A DNA stretch of 63,059 bases, the filler included, from Sluysia triapertura (Eukaryota), in the NCBI GenBank assembly GCA_046118255.1. It is 5 parts of 5 records of this genome, joined end to end, with 100 filler letters (N's around TTAATTAATTAA, not from the genome) between each part and the next. Parts side by side here need not be neighbours in the genome. Positions count along the whole stretch, not along the records: positions 1 to 11,605 come from JBJNIA010182912.1; positions 11,706 to 24,208 come from JBJNIA010103211.1; 3 more parts are not named here. One strand, 5' to 3'. Shown piece by piece: positions 1 to 12,845 of the stretch. Below the pieces are notes generated by a model. It was not told where the DNA came from. It made no database searches and worked only from the letters and a program-made list of their open reading frames with translations. Position 1 is the stretch's first letter. Every line of letters begins with the position of its first letter. Position numbers and translations under genes: made by a program.

Positions 1-2810
1 TGTACCTTGCACGTTAAGTGCAATAACATTTAAATTAGTATCTTCATAAGTATCAATTTGATATATGCTTTATTAATACTTAGACATTGGACCATATTTA
101 ACTTTAATTTTAAATTATAAAAATTAATTAAAATAACTAATTTTTACATAATCTACGTTGACGTGCTTCGTAATACTTCATCATTAAAAATACTAATAAA
201 ACTCAATATTATACACTAAATTTAATATCATTATATCATGAACAAACACTTTTTATTGACTTATCAAATTAAATAAATTCTAATTAAGTTAATTAACAAA
301 TGTAGTTTAGTGTTTTAACAAAGAAGACCTTGTAAAAGGTTATTTCTTCGCATTTCTCATTGTTTATCTTGATTCAAGTATTTCATATACTTATCTTATC
401 ATTACAATTCATCATAATCCCCTATCTCAATTCCTTAATAACGTTCACCTCATTTTATCCTGAGTCTTGAACCTTTATATCTACCTTTACCGCCAAAATG
501 TGGATAAGAAGATGAGTGAGAAACACAGAGAACTATAAAATGAAGGAAGAGCTGATACAAAGTGATTGATTGAACGTGATAAACATTGTTGGAATAAGAA
601 TCATGAAAGTGAAAACATCTATGTTAAGGGCTAAAAAGTACCTTGGAGTTCCAGAGGCCTACATAATGGTTTGAGACTTTAACAAAGCTAGAGATGGACT
701 TGAAAACCTTTCGAAGCATTAAGGTACCTTTTAACTTGTGAACCTTTAGATTATTTAAGACCTTAATAAGCATTTGAGATCCTTTACTAACCTTATAAAG
801 TATTTAAAATCTTTGAAAAATAAAATGACTGTTATTGGTATTAAGGATAAATCTGGTATAGTAATAATTAACATAAGGAAGTAAAGAAAGGAATCAGGGA
901 AGTGAAGGTGAAAATATTGTGGCACCAAACCTTTCACTTGGAATTTAAATTAATAACTCATACAAAATATCACATTTTCTTACATTATACATCTCACCTT
1001 CTCCGACATATTAAAACTTTTCCCCATTTCAATGCATTTTCAATTTACAATCTTACATCAAAACCATACTTACATCCAAAATCATGAATTGACACTTAAA
1101 TTCCATTTAGCTCATTTTACCTCATAATCTTACAACATTAAAATTATATTCAAGTTCACAATCTTTTAATATTTATCTAGCTTAAGACAATTCAATTATG
1201 TTAAGAAAAAGAAAGCTAAGATTAGAAAGTTCGTGTTTATTGAGATAATCTTGAAATGCTTATGCGGTTTACAACAATAATAATAATAACAACATTATTG
1301 CTATTATTATTATTATTATCATTTGTACTATTTTAATTTCATAAAATATATTTTGGTATCTACCATGATCGATGGTAACGTTGCTATCGATGATGGTTGC
1401 GACAACTATTAATTACATTTATTTCTATCGTGTTCTGAGCATTATGTTGACTGCCCAGTCAAAATTGTTCATGTTTTCAGTAGCATATTTTGATTGGACA
1501 GCCATATATAATATAAGAAAATTTTTTATCATCAAAGGTATATTTTTATTATATATCATTATATTTTTACACATTAGTTCAACATATTGATAACATACTG
1601 TAATTGGTAAAAACAGACGTCCAATATTTTGTCACATGTTATCTGTTAATCACATGAATATTTTAATCTATGTAAAAAAATTCGAAGAAGATGATTATTA
1701 AATTAAAGTTATAAAGTCGTCAGTAGACGAAAATTTAAATAATGAGAATTCTTATATTAATTATTCATTGCCTTCTCAATTGATTATCAAAGAAGAAGAT
1801 GCAGTACTATGTTTTTCAAACATAGAATCGCATGTTACGCCAATCTAAGGAAGAAACTATGAATTAATTATTCTTCGATTTCACGACGTCACTGATGGCC
1901 ACAGTGTACGAGTTAAAACCACAAAGAATAAAGGAGCATATGCTGAAAGAATTGATTTGATTTTTAACTTTTTAATTTTAGATAAAATTAATAATATGTA
2001 TAATTGATGTATCGACAATAAAGATTTAGATAACGATGAAAACGTCATTTTGTTGAAAACGATGTCAATACAAATCTAGGTTTTAATCCATCAAGTCTAC
2101 GAAGTTTTAGAATTTTTCAAAGAGCAATAAAGCAATGTAACGTTTCCGGTCAAAAAACTATTAGTTACGATAAAGTCACCAATGATAACCACATATTTGA
2201 TAATTCCAAAAGAAATTTTGAAAATACGATTTTGTTATTGGTTTTGTGAATTTTTCAAAAATAATAACTACTCTATTATAAATGAGGTATTATTCGACAA
2301 CTGTAATTCTCAGGGTTTAAAAGTAGTTATTATTTATTGCTACATTTATATCTTTATAATCAAGTTTGATTATTTTATATTGTTATTTAGAAACTCGAAA
2401 ACTGTAATCATGAAACATGTCGAGGAGAAGATCATTCATAAAACCAGTCTAAAAGTATTAATCTGTAGAATTTTAAAATTACATTTATTAAATATTTATT
2501 TATTTAATCAAATATTATCAATTTTTTTATCAATAAAATGTAATAAAACGTATTTAAATTTTAATGATCATAATGAAATAGAATTTAAATTTTCGTTCTA
2601 CCAAACAATAATGCATTTTGCAACAAATATCTAGACCTTTAAGTCTAAAAATAGATTAATTAAAATCTTAATTAACTTAATTAAGAAAAAGTACGTTTTT
2701 GTCAATAACTTATGAATGAGGAATGCTATGTTAAATTTGAAACTGTGTATTTATTTATTTTAAAATCATCTTTCGGGAAGGTATGTTTTGACCGAGTTCA
2801 TATAGGGAAA
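1..2810. repeat. Large modular interspersed repeat (copy 1)
   Basis: Manual matches within the window: 1-420 ~ 53960-54390; 600-930 ~ 15500-15860 and 62690-62830; 918-1300 ~ 16405-17100; 1850-2050 ~ 17420-17620; 2640-2805 ~ 15880-16020 and 62890-63059. Confidence 0.8.
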
Positions 2811-4349
2811 CTATTAAACTATAAGTGGAAGTTATATTACCTATTTTGTGATTAAGTTAAGTTTGCATTAAGTTTAAGTTATTACAACTGAATATTTTGA
2901 ATATTTGATAAGTTATAGTTGATTTTTACATGCTTTCATTTAAGTTTAAGTAAGAATTCATATGTTCATAAAGTTTATTGGGCTAATTTTATAAGTTTCA
3001 TACGATTTTTATAAGTTTGACTTTATACTTATATAAGTTTAACATTTATTTTAATTTGTTATTTAAGGATTTCATTAAGTTTTCATAATATTTGTTAAAT
3101 TTCAATTGATTATTTGATTTTCCATAAGTTTTCAGTTAGTTTTATAATGGCCGTTTATATTAATTAAATTATTGAAAACTAAATAGGTATAAATGTTTAA
3201 TTTAAAAAAATATCGGACTAAGGTCTTGTATTGTATTAATTAGTTTGTAAGTCAATAAAAATCAGACTTTAAAATGATTTCATTAAGCAATTTGAAATAA
3301 TACTTATGGTCATACAAAAACATGTCATATATTAAACTTTGAACACAAAAGTTAACAAAAATAACTAAGATTAGTCACACATTTGGTAAAATTCAGCAGC
3401 TGTTGTAATCCACGAGAGAGTTAATACAAACATGAACCTGAAATCCATACGTACGATCCATACGACCCATATGAACAACAGGTTGTATAGTAGCTAGATA
3501 AACGGTGTGACATACGCACTACTACAAAATTTAAAATCTAAAAATTCAAAATTGATAATTTGAGTTAAAATATGATTGCATTTATCGAAAACCACACAAG
3601 AATTACAACTCGGTTTCGATATCAGTGAGCACCTTGAAATTAAAAACATTGACAATTTTACTGAATCATTTATAGATACAGAAATTCTAGTAGAAAAAGA
3701 AATATCAACTAATCTCTTCTGATTTTCATGCCACATACTTTTAAATTTAAAGTGATTAAACTCTCTAGAAAAACTACTAACACTACGTAATACATGAATG
3801 TCGTTCCGTAGAACATTTTCATTTAACGTGAATTTGTAATAATAAAAAACATGTTTGTTGCCTCACGTGATATCGATAAAATAGCAGTAAATTTCTTTAT
3901 AAATTTCAATAAGATTTGAAATTTTATAAGATTTAAATTTTATAAGATTTGAAATTTCAATATATATAAATACAAACAAGAACTATGAAAATCGTACAAA
4001 AATTACGTGAGAATAATGTAAGGACGTTGCCTTGATTCATGCGCGGTTAACGGAGATATAAAGGCTTATTCTTTAGTAATTGATTAAACTAAGTATTTAG
4101 AGTTACAGTAATAAGGGTTAGTGAATTATTTAATATTGATTATAATTTTGTATTAATACGGTTGCGAAAATTTAAATAAGTTGTGTCAGCCCTGGTTAAT
4201 ATTTGTCATTGAAGAATAATTCATATTGTTATAAAGAATAATTTGTGCGGTTATTGTTATACAGAAAAATTAGTATCGTTGTTGCTATAAAGAATATTTT
4301 AATTGTAATTTTATAGTTGTAATTACAATTTTGTAATTAATTGTAATAT

Positions 4350-6015
4350 AGAAGATATAACGCAAGTTTTAGAACGACTCGAAGTTGCAGAATTAAAAAT
4401 TAAACCAAGTAAATGTGAATGGGCTAAAGTTAGCGTAGTATCTTTGGGTCATATTGTATCGAAACACGGAATTCAGCCAGATACAAGAAACGTTGAGAAG
4501 ATAAAAAATTGTTCAGCACCAAATTCTGTTAAAAAATTATAAAGATTTTTAGGATTAGTCGGATATTATCGCAAGTTTATAGAAAGTTTCGCAAAAATAG
4601 CTTACCCTGTGTATAGTTTAATAAAACAGGAATCAAAATTTTATTCGACAACAAAACAACAAAAGGTATTTGAAGAATTGAAAGAAAAACTTATGAATTA
4701 CACAATTTTAGGATTTCTAGATATGTGTCGTCCTTTTATTATAATGACTGATGCCAGTGGCTATGTTATAGGTGCTATTTTGGGGGCAAAAAGAAACAAA
4801 TGATAGTGAGGATCATGTAACATCATATTCAAGTCTAACGTTAAAAAATCATGAGAAAAATTATTCAACATTATATCTGGTCACAGACAATATATTTATA
4901 TACAGATCAAAATCCATTACATTTTAATGTCACAGAAAGATACATCATCGAGATTAATTCGTTTGTCATTATTTTTACAAGAATTTAATAGAGAAATTAA
5001 ATACCGAATTAAAGCGAATGCTATTGCAGATTTTATGTCTCGTTTAGCAGTTTTAATGGGTTAATATGATAAAACTTATTTAGCAGCCGAACAGAAGTAA
5101 GATGAAGAACTAATAAAAATAATTAAAGTATTTCAAGAATGGCATCAAAAAATAAAAATAATCAATTACCTTTTGTAATACAAAATGATTTTCTAAAATA
5201 TAAATCATTAAAAAAGACTTATTGATAGTTTTATCAATAATTTTAAGAGAGCGTCTTAAAAGAATATCATAATGGTTTAATGGGTGGTCACTTGTCAGCA
5301 AAAAAGACAACCTCAGCTATTATGCGAAAATACTTTTGGAGAAATCTAAAAGAAGATGTTAAAAAATAGTGTTTAGAATGTGAAATTTGTGCAAAACGAA
5401 AAGGTAAAACACCAATAAAAGCATTATTAAGACCAATAGGTCCTCCAGTAGCTCCTATTGAAGTTACAGCGATGAATATCTTAGGACCATAACCAGAAAC
5501 TACAAAATAAAATAAATATATTATGGTATTTTGTGATTATTTTACTAGATGGCCCGAAGCAAAAGCCATTCCTAATCAGAGAGCTGAAATAATAGCTAAA
5601 ATTTTTATTGAAGAAATTATATTTCGTTATGGAGCTCCTGAAAAAGTAATTGCAGATCAAGGTGCAAATTTCTTAATTGAACTAATGATAGAATTAATAC
5701 ATTTTTTCAGATTGATAAACGTTATACTTCTGCTTATCACCCAGAAACTGATGGTTTGGTTGAGCCAATTAATAGAACATTAACTCAAATGCTAACAGCA
5801 TTTACAAATGATATATTGGGATGAATATATTGCACCATGTTTATGTCTATAGGAATGTAATTCACGAAAAACCCAAAAAATCCCTTTTTACTTGATGTAT
5901 CTACGAGAATCAAGATTACCGGTGGATTTGGATCAAAAGAATTATCTACGTGAAATGAAAGAAAGATTAAAAGAAGTTTGGATGAAAGCTAAACTTAATG
6001 TTAAATTTAGTCAAA
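4350..6015 (+). mobile_element. Ty3/gypsy LTR retrotransposon pol remnant (RT C-terminus, RNase H, integrase), disrupted
   Basis: Translates as LERLEVAELKIKPSKCEW..LGHIVSKHGIQPD, FLGLVGYYRKFI, TDASGYVIGAIL, then integrase VFCDYFTRWPEAKAIPNQ..FRYGAPEKVIADQGANF and SAYHPETDGLVE. RT-RH-IN order is gypsy. Many stops and frameshifts. Confidence 0.93.
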
Positions 6016-7699
6016 TATAATAATAATAATATATGGATTATTCTGAGTATAGTATATAATATTTCGGAATATACTGAAACTATTACTTCAAAACGAAATA
6101 TTCAAAAAATAATTAACAGATATTGGAATAATAAATGATGTCAATCCATTAATAACAAATTCAATATGGAAACATAATCTAAGTAGAACATGTAGAAAAT
6201 AATAAAACAAAGTATATTATAGTGGAAAATATGAGCAATTGTCACAATAAAACCAGAGAAATTATCATAGTTTTTGTTTTTTATTAAAAGTATTAATCAA
6301 TGGCACAAGTAGTACAAATTGGTATTCAATTGAAGACTTAATCTAGGAAATTCAATAAAATCGTTTGCAAACTCTGTCTTTGTAATTATTATTATAGAAT
6401 ATCTTCACATTTCAAAAATAAGTATTACATTTTATTATTGATTTTCAATGAGTATTTCAAACAGTTTCATTTCATTTGTCAGAACAAATTTAACAAAGAT
6501 ATTGAACGATGAGTTTTTCAAAATTCTACTGGATATGGCTTAGTTGAATTTGCGATGTTTTAGAAATAGCGATTCTGCTAATAATTCCAGATGATTCGAA
6601 CGAAAATAAAGGTGTTCACATCATCAGTATTATGCTCTTTTCTAGTACAATGAACAATTTACGAGTGGAACAATTTAGTAAGCATTTTGATTTTTATCCT
6701 TTTTATATTTGTAACATGTCGTATTTGTGTCTTTATTCTCATTATTATATAATATGAGTAGATCAGCTTCATATTTATGAAATTATCAACCAATAATGAA
6801 TTAAAATTTATATTTCCACAAATACTAATATCAGCCAATGATACATTAAAGCTTGGAATATGAACTGAAATAAATGATTTCCATTCATCACTAATCGAGC
6901 TTGTAAATCACTCCATCCTAGAATAAATTTATTCAGAGTATCTTCTGTGAAGATAGAGCAAGCATTAACGAGTATCACTTAGAATTTAACTTTAATATAT
7001 CTTGTATTAATGAAAGTAAATGCTCATGCAGTTTTCAAATAATAATAATAATAAGTAAAAATCAATCGATCCACGATTATTTTAACTTGTACCAAAGATA
7101 CGTTGATAAGTTTGAGTTCAAATCTAATGACTTCTTCGAGTTACATAAATGATACTGTTCCACGATTCAACAAATCAAAATAAAGCAAATAAATGAAAAA
7201 TAAGATTTAGTCAATTCATAAATAAATAAAAGCTTCAATGCGTTGAAATAGTCATTTTAGAGCAGAAGTCTTTCTGTTACGGAAGTACTATTGAGAATGA
7301 GATTGTTTTTATAGTATTTAGATAAATGAATTTGAATATTCGACATAATTGATCTCTACATCGACAAATTTTAGTAATATCCGTCGAATTTCCGTCTATT
7401 CAAACTTATTATCACCTATCAAATATAAACTATGTAATTTGGTTGAATTTAATGGGTGTGTTAAAAATGTGGAATTTGGATTTTAATTTATAATGCTTAA
7501 ATAATAACAATTTACATTAAATAATAACAATAGCTGATTTACAATGATAAAGTACATAAGCTAAATTCGATTTATAATTTATTTTAAGTGATTTGTTAAA
7601 TTTTAATAAAATGATTTTTTAATCGATTTAACGCCATATAATACCACAAGAGAAAATAACAAATAAATAAATAATGAATAAACATGCGCCAGAGGAATT

Positions 7700-7950
7700 T
7701 TTACGATATTACAATATTTAATTATTCTAACACTATTTTGCATAATTTTTCCTGTTATCTTTATTTCAGTATCTAATTTTCCTATGAAAATTATCTTACC
7801 ACCCGTTATAGATGTGACTGTTATTCTATGATGATTTTTCATTTCTTCATTTAAAATTTCGTATTTAAGTACCGAATGTGTTGCACCTGTGTCTATTTAA
7901 GCTTCGTATTTCTTTCCTCGAAATTCTACTGTTCTAAAGAAAGTGTTTCT
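7700..7950 (-). pseudogene. Retropepsin (aspartic protease) domain 3 of decayed retroelement polyprotein
   Basis: RRNTFFRTVEFRGKKYEA*IDTGATHSVLKY, continuing into ORF 7603-7842 (ITVTSITGGKIIFIGKLDTEIKI). One in-frame stop. Confidence 0.8.
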
Positions 7951-8724
7951 ACGATTTATTCTTTCTTGCATCATACAATAAGATTCTGTTACTCTTCTAG
8001 GTATTATTCTGTTACTCTTCTAGGTATTAATCTATCTCTCCGTTGATTCCTTATCTCCAATTCTCTAAACATTTCACGAAAATAATTTTGATTTGAGATT
8101 TCTACTTGCCTATCTTCATTATTATTATATGTAATATTCGTTACAATTATGACTGAAATTTCGTCGTCTAGTTTATTGGGTATCCATTGTCAACTAAATA
8201 TATTTCATAATATCTATCCAATACTCTATCTCTGTAAAACATATCTAACTCTTTAGTGGTATTAAGATATAATTGTGCATGTTCTAATAATGCAGTTACA
8301 GTAATTTTAATGTTAAAGTATTTTTTAATTACCTGTTTGGTTTCCTCAACTTTATTCGGACTTCTATAAGTTGGTCCATTTCTATTTCTCCCATATCATT
8401 AAATAATTTAAACATTCTTTTCTTTAGTTTTGTTTGCCACATTTATATTGATCTGTTTAGTAAATGTTTCAAAAGTGGATATCGATATACAGGATTATTA
8501 AAATTCATCATGGTACTAACAATGGTTTCTATTTCTTCTATATGTTCTGGATTTTTCAAAACATTTTCTAATTTTGGATAAATCTTCAGACTCTACATAT
8601 CCATCTCTTCCATAAAACATATATCTATATCTTCCTCTTTTTTGAAATATGAGTGATCTCTCATCTAATATTATAGTTGAGGTACATAATCTGTTTGTTT
8701 TAGTTCTAATCCTTTATTTATTAA

Positions 8725-9000
8725 TATCCCTTCCTATTATTAATTCTTCTGGACAATTATATACTACTGCTACTTCCATAATAAAAGTTTTGCGTTCAAT
8801 AGTTATTTCGACTTTTTGTCGATTAAACATTATGGTAGACTTATCTACTCCTTCAAATTTTCAAGTACTTTTATTAAATTTGTTTTTTCTTGATCAGGTA
8901 TTATTTCATATTTTCTAATACTTACATCTGAACCTGTATCTATCAATCCTAGTATTATCTTTCCATTAACAGTTATTTCTTGGTATAGTCGATATGGAGG
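8725..9000 (-). pseudogene. Retropepsin domain 2 of decayed retroelement polyprotein
   Basis: PPYRLYQEITVNGKIILGLIDTGSDVS, frameshift, then FEGVDKSTIMFNRQKVEITIERKTFIMEVAVVYNCPEELIIGRDI. Has both the DTG and the IIGRD motifs. Confidence 0.85.
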
Positions 9001-9104
9001 TGAATATATCTTGCCAAATGAAATTATGTTTCATGTTATCAATTGATTGTCGTTCATTTATTTGATTATTTTCGTATTCAATTTGTTCTTCTACTATTTC
9101 GTTC

Positions 9105-9420
9105 TAAGAGGTACACATTTTATAATTATTACACCAATCCCTTATTTCCTGGTACATATTGTCCCAATAGTATTTCTTTTGATTCTTTTTATAGTTTTAT
9201 TTATAGACAAATGATTTCCTAGTCGTCCCTGATGATAATTCGTCATTATAATTGTTTTCCTAGATTGTGGAGCTACAATTAAAAATTTATTATCTATTTT
9301 ATATTTTAAAAGATTATTCTGAATATGATAATTAGGAAATATATCCTTTGCAATATTTTCATTTCTTATGGAATTAAGAATGGTTCTGGTTTCTTTATCA
9401 TGTCTTTGTTCCATCATTAT
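9105..9420 (-). pseudogene. Gypsy-type integrase N-terminal H2C2 zinc-binding domain without catalytic core
   Basis: EQRHDKE..YHIQNNLLKY..LIVAPQSRKTIIMTNYHQGRLGNHLSINKTIKRIK, frameshift, KYYWDNMYQEIRDWCNNYKMC. The position of the first zinc Cys is Tyr. No rve core follows. Confidence 0.8.
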
Positions 9421-9649
9421 TACTTCTTCTATGTCTTCTAATGTTACCATACTGAGTGTATCATCAGATGGTTCATGATTTTCTAAATTTTCTTCATTTT
9501 CTATTGACAATATTGCGCTTATTTCGCTATCAGTAATATTAACATTCTCAAGAGAGTCTTTATTAACGGTGATTATGTCTAAATCGGATGCAATCTCTTT
9601 TACATTTTCTAACGTCATTAAACTTTGGGTAGGATGTATAAATATATCT

Positions 9650-10106
9650 TTTAATTGTTGTAATATATCCATACCAATTACCATCTCTTCTGAACATTCA
9701 TTCAATATATAAATCCATATTCTACCCTTTTCGTTTAAAATTTCTATTTCAGCCATAAGACTCTTACACTTATCCGTTCTCCATTTATCCCCTCTAAACA
9801 ATCATTATTAGTTATTATTTTCTCTCTTTCTGTTTGTGGAAGTGATTTAGAACGAATTGCAGACACTTGTGATCCTGTGTCTATAAATCCATTCATGGAG
9901 TAATTATTCACTAATATTTTTTGATAAATACCATAACCATTATAATGTTTCTTTAAGTAATAACAATTTTTTCGTTCAATAAGATCATTTTTTAATTTTC
10001 TTCTATCTCCGAGATCTTTATATGGATATAAAGGTTCGACATTATCATTTTGTTCATTTGTTTTTTCATACTTGGAAGAGTTTTTTGAAGGCTTTGGACT
10101 AGCCAA
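9650..10106 (-). pseudogene. Retropepsin domain 1, in frame with upstream glycoprotein tail
   Basis: ORF 9744-10106 IYQKILVNNYSMNGFIDTGSQVSAI; after a frameshift, ORF 9142-9801 WIYILNECSEEMVIGMDILQQL. Confidence 0.88.
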
Positions 10107-11605
10107 TTCTTGTATTACTTGAGTGTGCCTATGACTTACTATATGATGACCTATTGAAGGAATTAAGCCAGTAATGATTCTCCAAGTACAACCTTAGTAG
10201 ATATATGTATTGTAAGTTGATAATACTTAAGTGCATATAATAATAATAGCCTTTACAACAATATAGATTCCAATACAACCTGAAAAGAACTGCCAAATTA
10301 TAGAAAATTTTCCCCAGATTTTATATAGTGTATGCTTTGCAGCTTGTTCAAAGTGATCTTGCGTTAATAGTAACTCATAGTTGGGAGCTTTTGTGCCTTT
10401 GGCAATGCTGCATCAATAATTTCAGTTAGAATTCTTGCTTTTTTTTATAGGAAATAATATCTCATTCCATGCTTTCTTAATATCTGATATTTGATACATA
10501 CAACTTCTAGAAATATCATTTTCTGTAGGAAAGTTTATTCCTTTTCTTAATTCAATTAGACTTAGTGCTGGTGCAGATTCTACCCTTATTTTTGATGGTA
10601 AAGATATCCAATAGTTTTCATGAACTTTACATAGTGGTGACATTAGTACTGAACAATCTAATATTCTCGTGACAGGTTCTACATATACTCTACTGGTAGT
10701 TCATTTGTACACTCTATGCTATCATATAATTTCACCGTAACTTTTTTTTCATTTATAAGTATACATAACTTTTCCCATTGGTTTTCCAAATACCCCATCT
10801 TTCAATGGCAATATTGGTGCTACCATATCAGGATTCGTTATCATTGTGGCAAGTTTAGTTCTAATGATTTCTTTATTCAATTGACAATCTCGATACATAA
10901 GTATCTGATAAATTTTTTCCAATTGCGTTAATCCAAGATGATAATACAAATCGATTTTGTTATTAAAATAATTATATAATCGTATATCGCTAGCCACTAT
11001 TTCAGATTTAGCATTTATAATTGATCGTCCATTCTTAACAAATTTTCCAGGATAATTTGTACTAATAACTTCTTCTGCACATTTAGTTACTTTATCCTTT
11101 AGGACGAATACCATTCCATCCGTTGATTTTGCAGTCATTATAATAGTAGGTGTTCCTATTTCCGGAATTTGTTGATCTGGAGTTTTTTGATCAATTTTTC
11201 ATTGCATCTATTTTTCCATATATAAATTCTTTAGTTTGTTTGAATATATTTGATTTTAAATGAGTCAGTGGACACTCGGATTTATTAACTTATATGCAAG
11301 CACGAACTCTCTGTTGTTTTACAATTTGGTATCTGCATCATATTATTAGTACTTGAATCAAAGGTTGCACTCCATGTTTTTAATTCAAGCATATAATATT
11401 CAGTAGCAATTACGTTTTTATAAATCACTCCATCCAAATTATAATTTCCATTTGTGTAATATTCATATTTACTACTGCAAAGTGATGATAGTGCTGTTCT
11501 ATCTTTTAGTGGGTATACTGTACCATGTTGTCCACAATATTGCAACTTGACTGCTCCTTTTACCACATTCTTTAACTTCTGTACGTATTAATCCACTTTC
11601 TATAT
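10107..11605 (-). pseudogene. Chuvirus-like (class III, gB-like) envelope glycoprotein remnant, truncated by contig end
   Basis: Joined frames: LQYCGQHG..; KCAEEVISTNYP..YFNNKIDLYYH..LEKIYQILMYRDCQLNKEIIRTKLATMITNPDMVAPILPLKDGVFGKPMGKVMYTYK; VTVKLYDSIECTNELPV; VYVEPVTRILDCSVLMSPLCKVHENYWISLP; TM region KIWGKFSIIWQFFSGCIGIYIVVKAIII..GCTWRIITGLIPSIGHHIV. Motif order matches my recollection of chuviral glycoproteins. Confidence 0.75.
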
Positions 11606-11705
11606 NNNNNNNNNNNNNNNNNNNNNNNNNNNNNNNNNNNNNNNNNNNNTTAATTAATTAANNNNNNNNNNNNNNNNNNNNNNNNNNNNNNNNNNNNNNN
11701 NNNNN
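11606..11705. other. Artificial contig linker (N44-TTAATTAATTAA-N44)
   Basis: Identical 100-bp spacer occurs four times. Confidence 0.97.
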
Positions 11706-12845
11706 TGTGATAAATTTTATTTTGATGAAATTGTTTTAATGAAGTTATATTTTAAGCTTAAGTTATGGGGTTGGCCACTACAAAACCCTTGCTTAACTGA
11801 ATAAATTTATTAATTTTCATTTAATCAATACAAAAACTGTATTACATTTACTTATAAGAAAGTCAGAGTGAATTACAAGATGTCTAAAAACATCAAGCAA
11901 TTTCAAAAGTATTTCATAAATAGTAAAAAAGCACTTAGAAGAAACTTTAATAATGAGAAACTGAAAACAAAAATAGAAATAAATTCATTAATCTGTTACA
12001 CTTAATTATCACAAAAATATTTACGATCACACATAAAACGCTTATAAAACATGGAAAGTCCACTAAAAATGAATACTAACAAGGCGGTATAATTGAATAA
12101 AACGGCATGGTTAGAATTATAATGCAAATTATATTACATAAGTAAAACCAAAATATGAATTATACTTAATTAAAATATAATGAAAATTGGCTTTACAACC
12201 ATATTATAAAACCAAATATTTGTGAATTTTATTATAGACGAAATTAGTTAAGTAAAAGATAATACAAAGAGATTAAATACACAAAGTTATTACATCATAG
12301 AAAGGGAATAATAATTCTTCATACTTTATGATAAAGAGAAAATTAATATAAAACATAATAACTTTACATGTGAAACAAAAAATTCAAAAAATCGGACTTC
12401 AAAATTGATTGCTTTTTAGTTTAATTTACATTTAAACATTCATTAAATATATAATTGGATTACATTTTAAAACGTGATTTCAAAATTTGGTAAACTTTGT
12501 AAAATGATATAAGTAAGCGCAGTGTATTTATAAAAGAAATTAAGTTAAAAACATTATTGATTAAAAAATATTTAAAATTTCAGAAATGTTTCAAACTAAA
12601 GGGATCTATTTTATTTTTGATGTTTTTGGTGAAATAAATATTTTTCAAAGACTTAATTCAGAACTCACACGCGAACTGATAATCACGAGACAACTCTAAC
12701 TAATAAATTAAAGTTTAAAAATAAAAAACTAATTGTTTAGATTAAATTTTTACAGGGCTGAATATTAATAACTGTAGTATAAAGAAAATCGAGTAAAAAT
12801 ATTCGATTATTAATATTTTTAAGAATTAAATTTCAATAAATTTAA

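Noticed and set aside
902-1087. His-rich ORF conserved at 16397-16585
   Set aside because: Similarity is explained by a DNA repeat with C/A/T strand bias; no evidence of coding selection.
4350-11605. Gypsy pol (+) and glycoprotein/protease region (-) as one element
   Set aside because: Opposite strands with unrelated sequence between them and no shared LTRs; linkage is unsupported.
11606-11705. Recurrent TTAATTAATTAA motif within N runs
   Set aside because: Artificial all-frame-stop linker joining contigs; not biological, and it implies no linkage between contigs.
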